Assembly (NCBI GenBank): GCA_041494275.1
Contig: JBGQAM010000001.1
Span: 1 to 55,900, forward strand
DNA length: 55,900 bases
Reading direction: 5' to 3'
Origin: Thermoplasmata archaeon
GTDB lineage: Archaea; Thermoplasmatota; Thermoplasmata; UBA10834
Position 1 is the first letter of the stretch. The number at the start of each line of letters is the position of its first letter. Made by a program: the position numbers and the translations under genes. Of the stretch, positions 18,997 to 28,914 are shown in pieces. The notes beneath the pieces were generated by a model that was not told the DNA's origin, searched no databases, and saw nothing but the letters and a program-made list of their open reading frames with translations.

Positions 18997-19390
18997 TTGT
19001 GTTCCCTCCCTAGCAAATGATCGTTCTTGGATGCGGCACGGTAGATTGAGGACCAATTCTGTCTGTGATTCAAAAGGCTAGACAGGATCCCTCTACCAAG
19101 CCCCCCTGCGGGACAGGTAGCCAGATTGCAAAGGGCGTATTTAGCTCTTGTCGGTTTCCCCGTGTCCAGCCAGACAACCGCTATCTTAACGGTATGACAG
19201 CCAGTCAGAGATGGCGATATGCTTAGATGTGCCTATCGGTTGGCGGTTTTTAAATGTGTTATTTAAATATAATTATTGAAATTCATTACTGTGGACGATG
19301 GGAGGCGTGCATCACTCTCCTCCCCTACAGCTCGGGGCCCGCCCAACCTAGGAAGATAGTTATAGGCACCGCGGATACCATCAGACCGCG

Positions 19391-20152
19391 ATGATCCCCG
19401 AAGGTACAAGGCTGCTTCTGGTCGACTCCAACGGAAAGAAGTTCGTCGTGAAAGCCGCAAAGCAGATGTTGGAGGTAGGAGGCCTGGGGGTCGTCGACGG
19501 GGTCGCCCTCTGCGATGCCAACTTCGGCGACAAGATGAGGATCGGAGGTCGCGACTTCATCATCCTGAAACCGAGCACAAAAGACCTGCTCGGTATCATC
19601 GAGCGCCGTGCCCAGATCATGATCCCCAAAGACAGCTTCCTTATTCCCATGCATCTCGACCTGAGCAGCGGCAGCCGCGTCATTGAAGGAGGCGTCGGTT
19701 CGGGCGCGCTCACAATCGTGCTTCTGAAAGCTGTGAGTCCATCCGGAAAGGTCTATTCGTACGAGACGAGGACAGACTACGCCGACATTGCGCGCCGCAA
19801 TGTCGCGCTCTCAGACAACGAAGCGAATTGGCACCTCAAGATCGACGACATCTGCAAGGCGCAGCTTGAGCAAAACGTCGATGCAGTTGTTGTGGACATT
19901 CCCAACCCATGGGATGCGGTTCAGAACGCAACAAAGGCACTGAAAGCTGGCGGACACTTCTGCTGCTATGTCCCGAACATGAACCAGCTCGAAGACGCTG
20001 TTGGGAAGATGCGGGAAGTCGGGCTTGCCGAGGTCGTCGCGTTCGAAACACTGCAGAGAGAGATGGTAGTCCACGAAGGTGGTGTAAGGCCCAGCTTCGA
20101 CATGCTCGGTCACACCGGGTACTTGGCTTTCGGCAGGAAGATGCTCAGCTGA
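19391..20152 (+). CDS. trmI: tRNA (adenine-N1)-methyltransferase, TrmI/GCD14 family
   Basis: RRAQIMIPKDSFLIP and the SAM motif VIEGGVGSGALT. 253 aa. Confidence 0.75.
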   Translation: MIPEGTRLLLVDSNGKKFVVKAAKQMLEVGGLGVVDGVALCDANFGDKMRIGGRDFIILKPSTKDLLGIIERRAQIMIPKDSFLIPMHLDLSSGSRVIEGGVGSGALTIVLLKAVSPSGKVYSYETRTDYADIARRNVALSDNEANWHLKIDDICKAQLEQNVDAVVVDIPNPWDAVQNATKALKAGGHFCCYVPNMNQLEDAVGKMREVGLAEVVAFETLQREMVVHEGGVRPSFDMLGHTGYLAFGRKMLS

Positions 20153-20216
20153 TTCTCGAAGAAAACTCAAAATCTAAGTATGCGCTTGCGCAATCTCCCA
20201 AACAGGTGACCACGGG

Positions 20217-20456
20217 ATGGCTATCGCAGAGGTCAGGGTCGAGCTGAAGAAGGGGGTGGCTGACCCTGAGGGGAAGAATACTCTAAAGGCGCTCGAACTG
20301 CTTGGATTCGAGGGAGTGAAGGATGTGAAGACCGTCAAGGTCTTCGACATCCACCTTGAGGGAGCCGGGGGAGATGTTGAGAAGAAGGTCGACGAGATGT
20401 GCAGGAAGCTTCTCGCGAACCCCGTGATACATAACTACTCTATCAAGATCAAGTGA
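20217..20456 (+). CDS. purS: Phosphoribosylformylglycinamidine synthase subunit PurS
   Basis: 79 aa with VELKKGVADPEGKNTLKALELLGF, immediately upstream of purL. Confidence 0.85.
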   Translation: MAIAEVRVELKKGVADPEGKNTLKALELLGFEGVKDVKTVKVFDIHLEGAGGDVEKKVDEMCRKLLANPVIHNYSIKIK

Positions 20457-20465
20457 GGGACCCGG

Positions 20466-22799
20466 ATGTCGACCGACAAGTTGTACATTCGCAGGGAAGT
20501 CCCTTTCGAGCTCGTCGAGATCGACCTCGAATCCGCGACCGATGGTCAGCTAGTCGAACTCAGCAATGAGAGCGGCACGGTCCTCTCGCTAGAGGAAATG
20601 CGCCGCATCCGGGACTTCTTCCATGAGAAGGGAAGGAACCCAACTGATGTGGAGCTCCAGTCGATCGGCCAAGCCTGGAGCGAGCACTGCTGCTACAAGA
20701 GCTCCAAGATCTATCTCAAACAGTACGTATTCGGCATCAACACGCGCCAGGTCATCGACCGTGGTGACGCGGGCGTAATGGAGTTCGACAAAGACCATGC
20801 GTACGCTCTCAGGATAGAGAGCCACAACCATCCGAGCGCGGTGGAGCCCTACGGGGGAGCCGCAACTGGTATTGGCGGCATTATAAGAGACGTTCTCTGC
20901 ATGGGTGCTCAGCCGATTGCTTTGGTCGATCCCTTGTTCTTCGGGCCACTCGACTATCCGTTCGAGAAGCTTCCCCGAGGGATCAAACACCCAAAGTACT
21001 TGTTCGGTGGGATCGTCGCGGGAATCCGAGACTACGGAAACAGGGTCGGACTGCCGACCGTCTCCGGGGGCGTGTGGTTCGACGAGAGCTATGTTGGCAA
21101 CTGCCTGGTCAATGTAGGTTGCGTCGGCATCGGTGAGAAGAAGAACATCCGGAAGAACGCAGTCAGGGGAGCCGGGGATGTCCTTGTCCTCGTCGGTGGA
21201 AGAACTGGAAGAGATGGTATCCACGGAGTAACTTTCGCTTCCGCAGTCCTTACCAAGGAGAGCGAAACCGAATCAAGAGGGGCTGTCCAGCTAGGCGACC
21301 CAATCATGAAAGAGCCCGTAATCCACGCGCTTCTCGAAGCGAATGAGAGAGGGCTGGTGAACGGAATGAAGGACCTCGGCGGAGGGGGCCTCTCGTGCGT
21401 CGTCGGCGAGATAGCGCTTGCGGGCGGATGCGGTGCGGAGGTCGATCTGACCAAGGTTCCGCTCAAGGAAGAGGGACTCGCGCCGTGGGAGATATGGGTG
21501 TCCGAGTCGCAGGAACGGATGATGCTCTCAGTGTCACCGAGGAACGTCGACGAGGTCCTGCATATCTTCAAGCTCTGGGACGTGCCAGCGACCCCCGTCG
21601 GCAAGGTCATACGCGAGAAATCCGTGAGACTCTTTTTCCAAGATGAGAAGGTCTTCGACCTCGAACTGGAGTTCCTGACCGCGGGTCCGGTCTACTGCAG
21701 GCCTTGCAGCGCAGCGAAATCGAAAAGGTTGAAACGCGAGAAGACCCCGAAGGTCAAGGAACGGTATGACAGGGAACTACTCAAACTCCTGGCCTCGCCC
21801 AACATATGCAACAGGGACTGGGTCATCCGGCAATACGATCACGAGGTTCGCGGGAATACGGTCATCAAGCCTCTCCAGGGCAAGCTCGGGCACTGGAGCC
21901 ATGGAGACGCCGCTGTTCTGAAACCAGTCGAGGATTCCTTCAGAGGTCTAGCGATTGCCACTGCCTCGAACCCATTCGCGGTCGGCATCGATCCGTACAG
22001 AGGTGGCAAGACTTGCGTGGACGAGATGTGCAGGAACCTTGCGGCGGTGGGCGCGAGACCGCACTCTTTCACGAACTGCCTTAACTTCGGCAATCCTGAG
22101 AAGCCCGACAGACTGTGGTTGTTCAGAGAGGCCGTGAGAGGCATGGGCGAGGTGGCCAAGGCGCTGAGCATTCCGACACCTTCTGGCAATGTGAGTTTCT
22201 ACAATGAGGCGCCGTCCGGCGCCGTGCTCCCGACACCTACGTTGCTCGGCTGCGGGATAGCGCGGGACATACGGAGGTGCGTGACGTCCGACTTCAAGCA
22301 GGAGGGAAACACCATAGCCATTGTCGGTACCACGAAACATGAAATGGGCGCTTCAGAGTATTACAGGATGACGAAGAGCTACTCAAGTAAGGTCCCCGAC
22401 GTCGACATCCCCTCCCTGAGAGCGGGCACGGAGATCATCGTCGGCGGGATAGAGAGAAGCGCGATAGTCGCGTGTCACGATATCTCCGACGGCGGACTTG
22501 CGGTCGCACTGGCTGAGATGTGCATCGGAGGAGACATCGGCGCTGAGATAGACCTTACGAAGATGGAGAAGCTCAGATCCGATCTGCGCCTATTCTCGGA
22601 GAGCAACAGCAGGTGGCTCGTCGAGCTGAGAAAGGGCAAGGAGAAGCAGCTTCCCAAGGACAGAAAGGTGAAGGTGGTAAGGCTCGGAACCGTTGGAGGA
22701 GACTCCCTCAGGATCTCAGCCAAGAAGACTCTCATCGATTCAGAGACAGGCAAGCTGGCGGAAAGCTTCAACTCGACCCTTTGGAGGCTGGTAGGATGA
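20466..22799 (+). CDS. purL: Phosphoribosylformylglycinamidine synthase subunit PurL
   Basis: 777 aa with the ESHNHPSAVEPYGGAATG motif. Confidence 0.9.
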   Translation: MSTDKLYIRREVPFELVEIDLESATDGQLVELSNESGTVLSLEEMRRIRDFFHEKGRNPTDVELQSIGQAWSEHCCYKSSKIYLKQYVFGINTRQVIDRGDAGVMEFDKDHAYALRIESHNHPSAVEPYGGAATGIGGIIRDVLCMGAQPIALVDPLFFGPLDYPFEKLPRGIKHPKYLFGGIVAGIRDYGNRVGLPTVSGGVWFDESYVGNCLVNVGCVGIGEKKNIRKNAVRGAGDVLVLVGGRTGRDGIHGVTFASAVLTKESETESRGAVQLGDPIMKEPVIHALLEANERGLVNGMKDLGGGGLSCVVGEIALAGGCGAEVDLTKVPLKEEGLAPWEIWVSESQERMMLSVSPRNVDEVLHIFKLWDVPATPVGKVIREKSVRLFFQDEKVFDLELEFLTAGPVYCRPCSAAKSKRLKREKTPKVKERYDRELLKLLASPNICNRDWVIRQYDHEVRGNTVIKPLQGKLGHWSHGDAAVLKPVEDSFRGLAIATASNPFAVGIDPYRGGKTCVDEMCRNLAAVGARPHSFTNCLNFGNPEKPDRLWLFREAVRGMGEVAKALSIPTPSGNVSFYNEAPSGAVLPTPTLLGCGIARDIRRCVTSDFKQEGNTIAIVGTTKHEMGASEYYRMTKSYSSKVPDVDIPSLRAGTEIIVGGIERSAIVACHDISDGGLAVALAEMCIGGDIGAEIDLTKMEKLRSDLRLFSESNSRWLVELRKGKEKQLPKDRKVKVVRLGTVGGDSLRISAKKTLIDSETGKLAESFNSTLWRLVG

Positions 22800-23626
22800 A
22801 GGCAAGCCATGTGAAGGTGTGCGTCCTCAGGATCGAAGGTACGAACTGCGAAGAAGAGTCGTACCTGGCTTTCAAGCGTCTAGGGACGAAACCGGAGAAG
22901 ATCCATCTGAAGCAATTGACAGGCACGGACGTCTCGAACGAGGAGAAGAGATCGCTATCGGAGTACCAGATACTCGTTTTGCCAGGAGGGTTCTCCGCGG
23001 GAGACTATGTACGCGCGGGGGCGATCTTCGCGGCAAGGATGAAGAGCAAGCTGTCCGAGGACCTGGTCGAATTCATCAAGTCGGGGAAGCCCGTCCTCGG
23101 GATCTGCAACGGCTTCCAGATACTGGTTGAAACCGGGCTCTTGCCAGCCATGTCGGGGGTTATGACAGAAATTCCCGAAGCGGTTCTGGGCACGAACGAT
23201 TCTGGCAGATTCGAATGCAGGCCCACGCTTCTGAGGAAAGTCAATCGCGGGAGCTGTGCATTCACGAGCAGGATTTCGCCTGACAAGATCTCGTTGATAC
23301 CATCTGCGCACGCTGAGGGGAAGCTGATGTTCCCGCTCGACAAATCGAAGAAAATCGTCAAGGAACTCGAAGACAACGATCAGATAGTGTTCAAGTACGT
23401 TGATCCGGAGGGCAACCTCGCAATCTACCCTTGGTGCCCGAACGGCTCGACGGACAACATCGCGGGGATATGCAACCGGGAGGGGAACGTGTTCGGGCTC
23501 ATGCCGCATCCCGAAAGGGTGTTCTTCAAGTTCACGCATCCGGACTGGACGAGACAGCCTGACGGACCGGGAGATGGAAGAGCGGTCTTCGAGTCAGTGC
23601 TGGACTATGTGACGAAGAGACTGTGA
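22796..23626 (+). CDS. purQ: Phosphoribosylformylglycinamidine synthase glutaminase subunit PurQ
   Basis: VCVLRIEGTNCEEES, the nucleophile region GICNGFQ and HPER. The ATG at 22796 overlaps the purL stop (ATGA). The track ORF start at 22613 lies inside purL. Confidence 0.85.
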   Translation: MKASHVKVCVLRIEGTNCEEESYLAFKRLGTKPEKIHLKQLTGTDVSNEEKRSLSEYQILVLPGGFSAGDYVRAGAIFAARMKSKLSEDLVEFIKSGKPVLGICNGFQILVETGLLPAMSGVMTEIPEAVLGTNDSGRFECRPTLLRKVNRGSCAFTSRISPDKISLIPSAHAEGKLMFPLDKSKKIVKELEDNDQIVFKYVDPEGNLAIYPWCPNGSTDNIAGICNREGNVFGLMPHPERVFFKFTHPDWTRQPDGPGDGRAVFESVLDYVTKRL

Positions 23627-23751
23627 AGGCCCGGATTATCGCCCGGTATCTACCAGTAATTAAAGTTGGGAGCTAGAATGGTCAACGCAGAATGTTGTCG
23701 ATCCGACGCGAGTTATTTGCCGGCAAAGAATGGAAAGGTCGAGAATCCAGA

Positions 23752-24756
23752 TTATTGCCCCTCGGCCAGATTGATTGCTATCTCCGCGATGTCAGAGGAG
23801 TATCCACCGGTTCTTTCGATGCTCTCCGCGGCAAAAGCCAATCCCACAGCAACCTTCCCCCGTTTCTTCATGATTTCGTCAAGGAAGGCGTTCGACTTCT
23901 CTCTAAGACCAGAGGTTCGTTCGATGCAACTATTCGCCTGAGAGGAGTCCCTCTTGAACAGCGATTCAACACTGCAGTCGAGAATGGAGATTGCCTCCGC
24001 GCTCAGTTGCTCCAGACTCCTCATAGTCTCGGCATCGATTCTGGAATCCCCAAGGAGTCTGACGCTGTGGGCGATTCTCGAGGCGTGATCTGCAATCCGC
24101 TCAAGCGCCTTTGCTGTGGATAGCATCGAGTCGGACTCCAGCCATGTCATCTTCATTTTTGCTGCAAATGTGACATTACGCCTGGTCATCGCGTGTTGTT
24201 TTTCAACAAACCAATGAAGCCGGTCAACTTCATCATCGCGGGCAATGACCTCGTCGGCCATTCCTCTGTCTAGTCCCTTCGCAGCCTTGATCGACTCCTC
24301 CAGCATGTTCCTCGCCATCAAGTGCATCCTTCGCACCACTTTTCTCATGTCGAGGTCTGCATGGTCGGCAACGTCCTGAAGAACCACAAGGCCGGAACTC
24401 TCCTCCACAACCTCAGGACCGATCACGCGTCTGGAGAAATCCTGGATGGTCTTCCTGAGCTCCGTTGGGATCCTGCCCTTGGCGCGTATCTCTATGACAT
24501 CATATCCAGTCACGTATGTGCCAATAAGAAGCCGGAGAAGCGCCTTCGAGTCCGTTGATGGGTTGATATCAACGACCTTGACGAGCTTCTCCGATTCCCT
24601 GGGCATGCGAGGATCGACTATCAGGGTCCCGTCCCCTGTGACGCTCAGCGCCACCTGATCACCTTTCTTGAGTCCGGCGCTCTGTATCCATTTCTTTGGC
24701 AAGGACACCACATAGGTCGAGCCACCGGTTTTCTGAATTTTCCTAGTCTCTTCCAT
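23752..24756 (-). CDS. Phosphate uptake regulator: N-terminal SpoVT/AbrB DNA-binding domain fused to tandem PhoU domains
   Basis: The N-terminus KIQKTGGSTYVVSLPKKWIQSAGLKKGDQV is the AbrB swapped-hairpin pattern. The remainder is PhoU-like helical repeats (ERIADHA, ERTGGYSSDIAE). Divergent from pstS. Confidence 0.8.
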   Translation of the reverse strand: MEETRKIQKTGGSTYVVSLPKKWIQSAGLKKGDQVALSVTGDGTLIVDPRMPRESEKLVKVVDINPSTDSKALLRLLIGTYVTGYDVIEIRAKGRIPTELRKTIQDFSRRVIGPEVVEESSGLVVLQDVADHADLDMRKVVRRMHLMARNMLEESIKAAKGLDRGMADEVIARDDEVDRLHWFVEKQHAMTRRNVTFAAKMKMTWLESDSMLSTAKALERIADHASRIAHSVRLLGDSRIDAETMRSLEQLSAEAISILDCSVESLFKRDSSQANSCIERTSGLREKSNAFLDEIMKKRGKVAVGLAFAAESIERTGGYSSDIAEIAINLAEGQ

Positions 24757-24788
24757 ACGGAGATTCTCCCCCTATTCTCACTGACACC

Positions 24789-24810
24789 GGTGCACTCTAT
24801 AGAATGCACC
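24789..24810. promoter_or_regulatory. 22-bp near-perfect palindrome GGTGCACTCTATAGAATGCACC, an operator candidate overlapping a TATA-like core
   Basis: 10 of 11 base pairs are symmetric. It lies 33-54 nt upstream of the AbrB-PhoU start codon, in the divergent pst control region. Confidence 0.5.
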
Positions 24811-25084
24811 AGCTTCAGACTTGTGTATGATAACTATATTCATCTATATATTTGTCCACGTGCTAGCGAGTGACAGTCGGTTCTACATTCAGAGATGTCA
24901 AGTGCATGGATCCACCATGGCTTGAATGAAGAGAGATGAGAGAATGGAGAGACGAACGACAACGGAAGAACACAGAGAAATGCAGATCGATGAGAGGAAA
25001 CTGTACGACGAGGTCGGAGAAGACCTGGACGCCGATTTCCGGGACAAGTGAGCCCGCAATTGAGAATTGAGGCTTGGTGATAGC

Positions 25085-26245
25085 ATGAGTGAGCTTGAGG
25101 AAACGAAGGGGAGCCAGAATGGAGACCAGATTGTCATGCCCCACAAAGGTGGCAGGACTTGGATCGTAGTCGCCGCATTGGTGATTGTGGTTGGGGTCAT
25201 ATTAGCAGCGGTTCTTTCGGGGGGACTGCTGTCATCCGGGCACAGGAAGGATAGCGTCGCATTGACGGGCGCTGGGGCCACCTTTCCTATGCCCTTGATA
25301 TTGAAGTGGGCCGACGAGTACTATAACAAGACGGACAACACGGTCAAGATCAACTATGGCGGAGGAGGAAGCGGAGCTGGCATCACCCAGATCAAGGACA
25401 AGCACGTGGATTTCGCAGGATCGGATGCACCCCTTAGCGCGACCGATTCTTCCACATATGGACTTGTGCACATCCCAGAAACCCTCGGGGCGGTCGTCGT
25501 GGCGTACAATGAGCCCGGTCTGCAGACCCTGCGCTTGGATGGACCCACTCTGGCCGGGATCTTCATGAGGAACATTACGACATGGAATGACCCTGCCATC
25601 GCCGGTCTGAATCCAGGCATCACACTGCCCTCGGATCAGATCACAACAATAGTGCGATCAGACTCATCGGGAACGACTTTCGTGTTCTCGGGGTATTTGA
25701 CTGTGGTGAGCAACGAATTCGCAACCCTCTACGGACAGGGAAAATCAGTCAGTTGGCACGATGCAATCGGTGCCAACGGGAACTCTGGAGTCACGCAGAC
25801 AATCAAGACGACTCCGCATTCGATTGGGTACATCGAGTTGGCGTATGCAATCGCGAACAACGTCCCGTTCGCGCAATTGAAGAACCATGATGGCAACTTC
25901 GTGAACGCCTCGCTTGAGACGACCTCTGCCGCCGCATCGAGCGCACCCCTCCCTGCGGGCGACGGAGACTGGTCCCATGTGAACATACTGAACGCACCTG
26001 GAGCTGGCGCATACCCGATTGCCAGCTTCACCTACGTACTCATCTACAAGGAATTGTACAATGACCAGAGCAAGATGAATAAGACGGCGGCGAAGGCGTT
26101 GGTGGACTTCCTATGGTGGGTCGTGCATCAGGAGGGGCAATCATACGCGCCCGACCTGTACTATGCCGAGCTGCCTTCTTCCGTCACTGCGATCAACGAA
26201 GCGACTCTCAATTCGATCACGTACAATGGGCAGACGCTCAGATAG
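25085..26245 (+). CDS. pstS: Phosphate ABC transporter substrate-binding protein
   Basis: GAGATFPMPL, INYGGGGSGAGI and SDSSGTTFVF motifs with an N-terminal TM anchor. The start is ATG 25085 or TTG 25067. Confidence 0.9.
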   Translation: MSELEETKGSQNGDQIVMPHKGGRTWIVVAALVIVVGVILAAVLSGGLLSSGHRKDSVALTGAGATFPMPLILKWADEYYNKTDNTVKINYGGGGSGAGITQIKDKHVDFAGSDAPLSATDSSTYGLVHIPETLGAVVVAYNEPGLQTLRLDGPTLAGIFMRNITTWNDPAIAGLNPGITLPSDQITTIVRSDSSGTTFVFSGYLTVVSNEFATLYGQGKSVSWHDAIGANGNSGVTQTIKTTPHSIGYIELAYAIANNVPFAQLKNHDGNFVNASLETTSAAASSAPLPAGDGDWSHVNILNAPGAGAYPIASFTYVLIYKELYNDQSKMNKTAAKALVDFLWWVVHQEGQSYAPDLYYAELPSSVTAINEATLNSITYNGQTLR

Positions 26246-26335
26246 GCAAGTGTGGAGGCCCATAGACATATCCCTCCGGTTGAGAAAGAGGGCAAGAACC
26301 TTGGGGGACGAGGCAGATTCGGCAAGGCGGCTATC

Positions 26336-27298
26336 ATGGCGAGTAGCAAGGGTTCGAGACTAAGAGGGAAACCTCTGAGATTCGGAGGTGACCTGGTATT
26401 CGAATATTCGGTCATGGGAGTGGCGACTCTAACCCTAGCTCTGGTATGGCTGCTCGTCGTAAGGATGGTTTTCGATGCACAGTTATCCATCGAGAGATTT
26501 GGGTTCGGATTCTTGATCGGAGGAGATTGGGATCCGAACCGAGACGTGTACGGAGCCCTTCCTTTCATTTTCGGCACTCTGATGACAACGGGAATTGCTG
26601 TGCTGATCGGAGTGCCTCTAAGCATTGGCATCGCAACCTACCTATCAGAATTGGCACCGCCCTGGTTGAAGGGGCCTCTCTCTTTCGTTGTTGAGCTGTT
26701 GGCTGCGGTGCCGAGTGTCATATACGGACTCTGGGCGATGTACGCTCTTAGGCCAGTGATGGTTGACACTGTCGAGCCGTTCTTCCAGAGCGTTCTTGGA
26801 TGGACGCCTTTGTTCCAGGGAGACCCCGTAGGGCTGGACAAGTTCACCGCGGGCATCATTCTCGCGATCATGATCATTCCCACGATCGCATCCGTGTCGA
26901 AAGAGGCAATGATGGCCGTTCCCGATTCGCAAAGGGAGGCAGCTCTCAGCATCGGTGCGACCAGGTACGAGACGACAAGAATAGCCGTGCTCACCTACGC
27001 GCGTTCCGGGATCTTTGGCGCATGCATACTCGGCCTGGGCAGGGCGGTCGGAGAGACGATGGCTGTGACCATGACCATTGGGAACGCGAACAGAGTATCC
27101 TGGTCGCTTCTGGATCCTGGCCAGACCATGGCAAGCCTGATCGCCAACAACTGGGGAGAGGCTCAAGGATTGCAGTTGTCCGCGTTGATCGAGGTCGGTC
27201 TCGTTCTCTTCGTCATTGCACTCTTGGTGAATGTCATCGCGAGGATAATGGTCGGAAGATTCATGAGCAGAGTCCCAGCAACAGGTGGTGGGCTGTGA
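26336..27298 (+). CDS. pstC: Phosphate ABC transporter permease PstC
   Basis: Permease with the EAALSIGATRYETT EAA loop. The ATG at 26336 is preferred; the track start is 26252. Confidence 0.85.
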   Translation: MASSKGSRLRGKPLRFGGDLVFEYSVMGVATLTLALVWLLVVRMVFDAQLSIERFGFGFLIGGDWDPNRDVYGALPFIFGTLMTTGIAVLIGVPLSIGIATYLSELAPPWLKGPLSFVVELLAAVPSVIYGLWAMYALRPVMVDTVEPFFQSVLGWTPLFQGDPVGLDKFTAGIILAIMIIPTIASVSKEAMMAVPDSQREAALSIGATRYETTRIAVLTYARSGIFGACILGLGRAVGETMAVTMTIGNANRVSWSLLDPGQTMASLIANNWGEAQGLQLSALIEVGLVLFVIALLVNVIARIMVGRFMSRVPATGGGL

Positions 27299-28185
27299 AC
27301 ACATACGAGTATCGCAAGCTGAAGAACACACTCGCCTCTGGACTCGCCATTGCGTGTGTCATCCTTGCCTTGATTCCCCTGGTCTACATCCTTGCTGGCG
27401 TTGTGATGAAGGGGGCGCCGGCTCTGAGCTGGGAGTTCCTGACTAACAGGACAGTAGGGACTGGTGAGCCGGGCGAGGGGATAGGCAACGCGATAGCCGG
27501 CACTCTTCTCCTCGTCTCCTACGCAAGCATGATAGGCCTGCCGGTCGGCATTCTTACGGGCATCTACGTTTCTGAATATGGCAACAACAAGTTCGGAACT
27601 GCTGTGAGGTTCTTCAACGACGTCCTGGCCAATTTCCCGTCGATTGTCGTGGGCCTGCTTGCATACGCATTGGTGGTGGCTTATCTCAATGTTGGCTTCT
27701 CCCTGATTGCCGGATCTGTCGCCCTCTCGATCATAATGATACCGATTGTGGCCAACACGACCGAAGAGGCTCTCAGGATGGTCCCCAATTCATTGAGAGA
27801 AGGAGCACTTGCACTGGGAGTGACCAGGTGGAGGACGGTCCTCAAGGTTATGCTCGTGAGCGGAAGGGCAGGCATAGTGACAGGGGCACTGCTCGCGATT
27901 GCCCGGATCGCCGGTGAGACGGCCCCTCTTCTCCTCACAGCTTTCTACAGCAGCTATTGGTCGTTCTCCCCGACCGAACCCATAGCTTCGCTGCCGCTGA
28001 CGATATTCCGAAACTACAATTCGCCTTCGGAGGTGCTCCTCCAGCAGGCATGGGGGGCTGCCCTTGTGCTAATCATTATCGTGCTAACGCTGAACATCGG
28101 GGTTAGGTTGTTCATGAGACAGAAGACAAAGAAATCAAAGGCGGTGAGAATGAGATGGATGACAAGATTGTCACGAAGGGATTGA
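27295..28185 (+). CDS. pstA: Phosphate ABC transporter permease PstA
   Basis: The [17 protein letters not shown] loop. A GTG at 27295 overlaps the pstC stop (GTGA). The upstream part of the track ORF (26800-27294) lies in an alternative frame of pstC. Confidence 0.8.
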   Translation: MNTYEYRKLKNTLASGLAIACVILALIPLVYILAGVVMKGAPALSWEFLTNRTVGTGEPGEGIGNAIAGTLLLVSYASMIGLPVGILTGIYVSEYGNNKFGTAVRFFNDVLANFPSIVVGLLAYALVVAYLNVGFSLIAGSVALSIIMIPIVANTTEEALRMVPNSLREGALALGVTRWRTVLKVMLVSGRAGIVTGALLAIARIAGETAPLLLTAFYSSYWSFSPTEPIASLPLTIFRNYNSPSEVLLQQAWGAALVLIIIVLTLNIGVRLFMRQKTKKSKAVRMRWMTRLSRRD

Positions 28186-28913
28186 ACGCATACTTCGGCG
28201 ATGTCCATGCCGTGAAAGGGATTGACATCCGAATCCCGAAGAACGCGATAACGGCGATCATTGGGCCTTCTGGCTGCGGGAAGTCCACCCTTATAAGATG
28301 CATGAACAGGATGCACGAAGTCGTGCGCGGAGCACGGGTCACGGGGGAAGTGCTGTTGGACGGCAGGGACATCTACGGCAGTCAAATGGATCCAGTGCTA
28401 GTGAGAACCAAGGTCGGAATGGTGTTCCAGAAGCCAAACCCGTTTCCGACCATGTCCATCTACGACAATGTTGTCGCAGGCATGAGGCTGAATGGAGAGA
28501 AGGACTGGAAGAGGCTTGACGCGACGGTCGAAAGAAGCCTCAAGCTCGCCGCCCTGTGGGATGAGGTGAAACACCAGCTAGACGCATCCGGAGTAAGCAT
28601 TTCAGGCGGGCAACAGCAGAGGCTCTGCATAGCGAGGGCACTGGCGGTCCAGCCCGAGGCACTGCTGCTCGACGAACCCTGTTCCGCTCTGGATCCCATA
28701 GCCACTGCGAAGATTGAGGATCTCCTCTTCGATCTCAAGGACAAGTACACGATAGTCATAGTCACGCACAACATGCAGCAGGCCGCACGAGTTGCGGACT
28801 TCACAGCATTCATGTATATGGGAGAGTTGATTGAGTTCGGCGTCACGAAGAAGATCTTCGAGAACCCAGATAAGGAACTCACAGAGAAGTACATCACGGG
28901 GAGGTTCGGTTAG
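28155..28913 (+). CDS. pstB: Phosphate import ATP-binding protein PstB
   Basis: Walker [10 protein letters not shown], the signature SGGQQQRL and Walker [12 protein letters not shown]. 252 aa. Confidence 0.92.
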   Translation: MDDKIVTKGLNAYFGDVHAVKGIDIRIPKNAITAIIGPSGCGKSTLIRCMNRMHEVVRGARVTGEVLLDGRDIYGSQMDPVLVRTKVGMVFQKPNPFPTMSIYDNVVAGMRLNGEKDWKRLDATVERSLKLAALWDEVKHQLDASGVSISGGQQQRLCIARALAVQPEALLLDEPCSALDPIATAKIEDLLFDLKDKYTIVIVTHNMQQAARVADFTAFMYMGELIEFGVTKKIFENPDKELTEKYITGRFG

Positions 28914-28914
28914 A

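Noticed and set aside
22613-22795. Upstream extension of the purQ ORF overlapping purL
   Set aside because: Lys/Arg/Gly-rich off-frame translation of purL. The ATG at 22796 forms the typical ATGA overlap and gives a canonical PurQ N-terminus.
23628-23639. 12-nt repeat GGCCCGGATTAT found after purQ (23628-23639) and after arsC (30185-30196)
   Set aside because: By a rough estimate, many identical 12-mers are expected by chance in a 56-kb window. There is no extended similarity around them.
26800-27294. Upstream 165 codons of the 461-aa ORF that ends as pstA
   Set aside because: This part lies in an alternative frame inside pstC and translates to an Arg/Asp/His-rich sequence. PstA-like sequence starts at the GTG overlapping the pstC stop.
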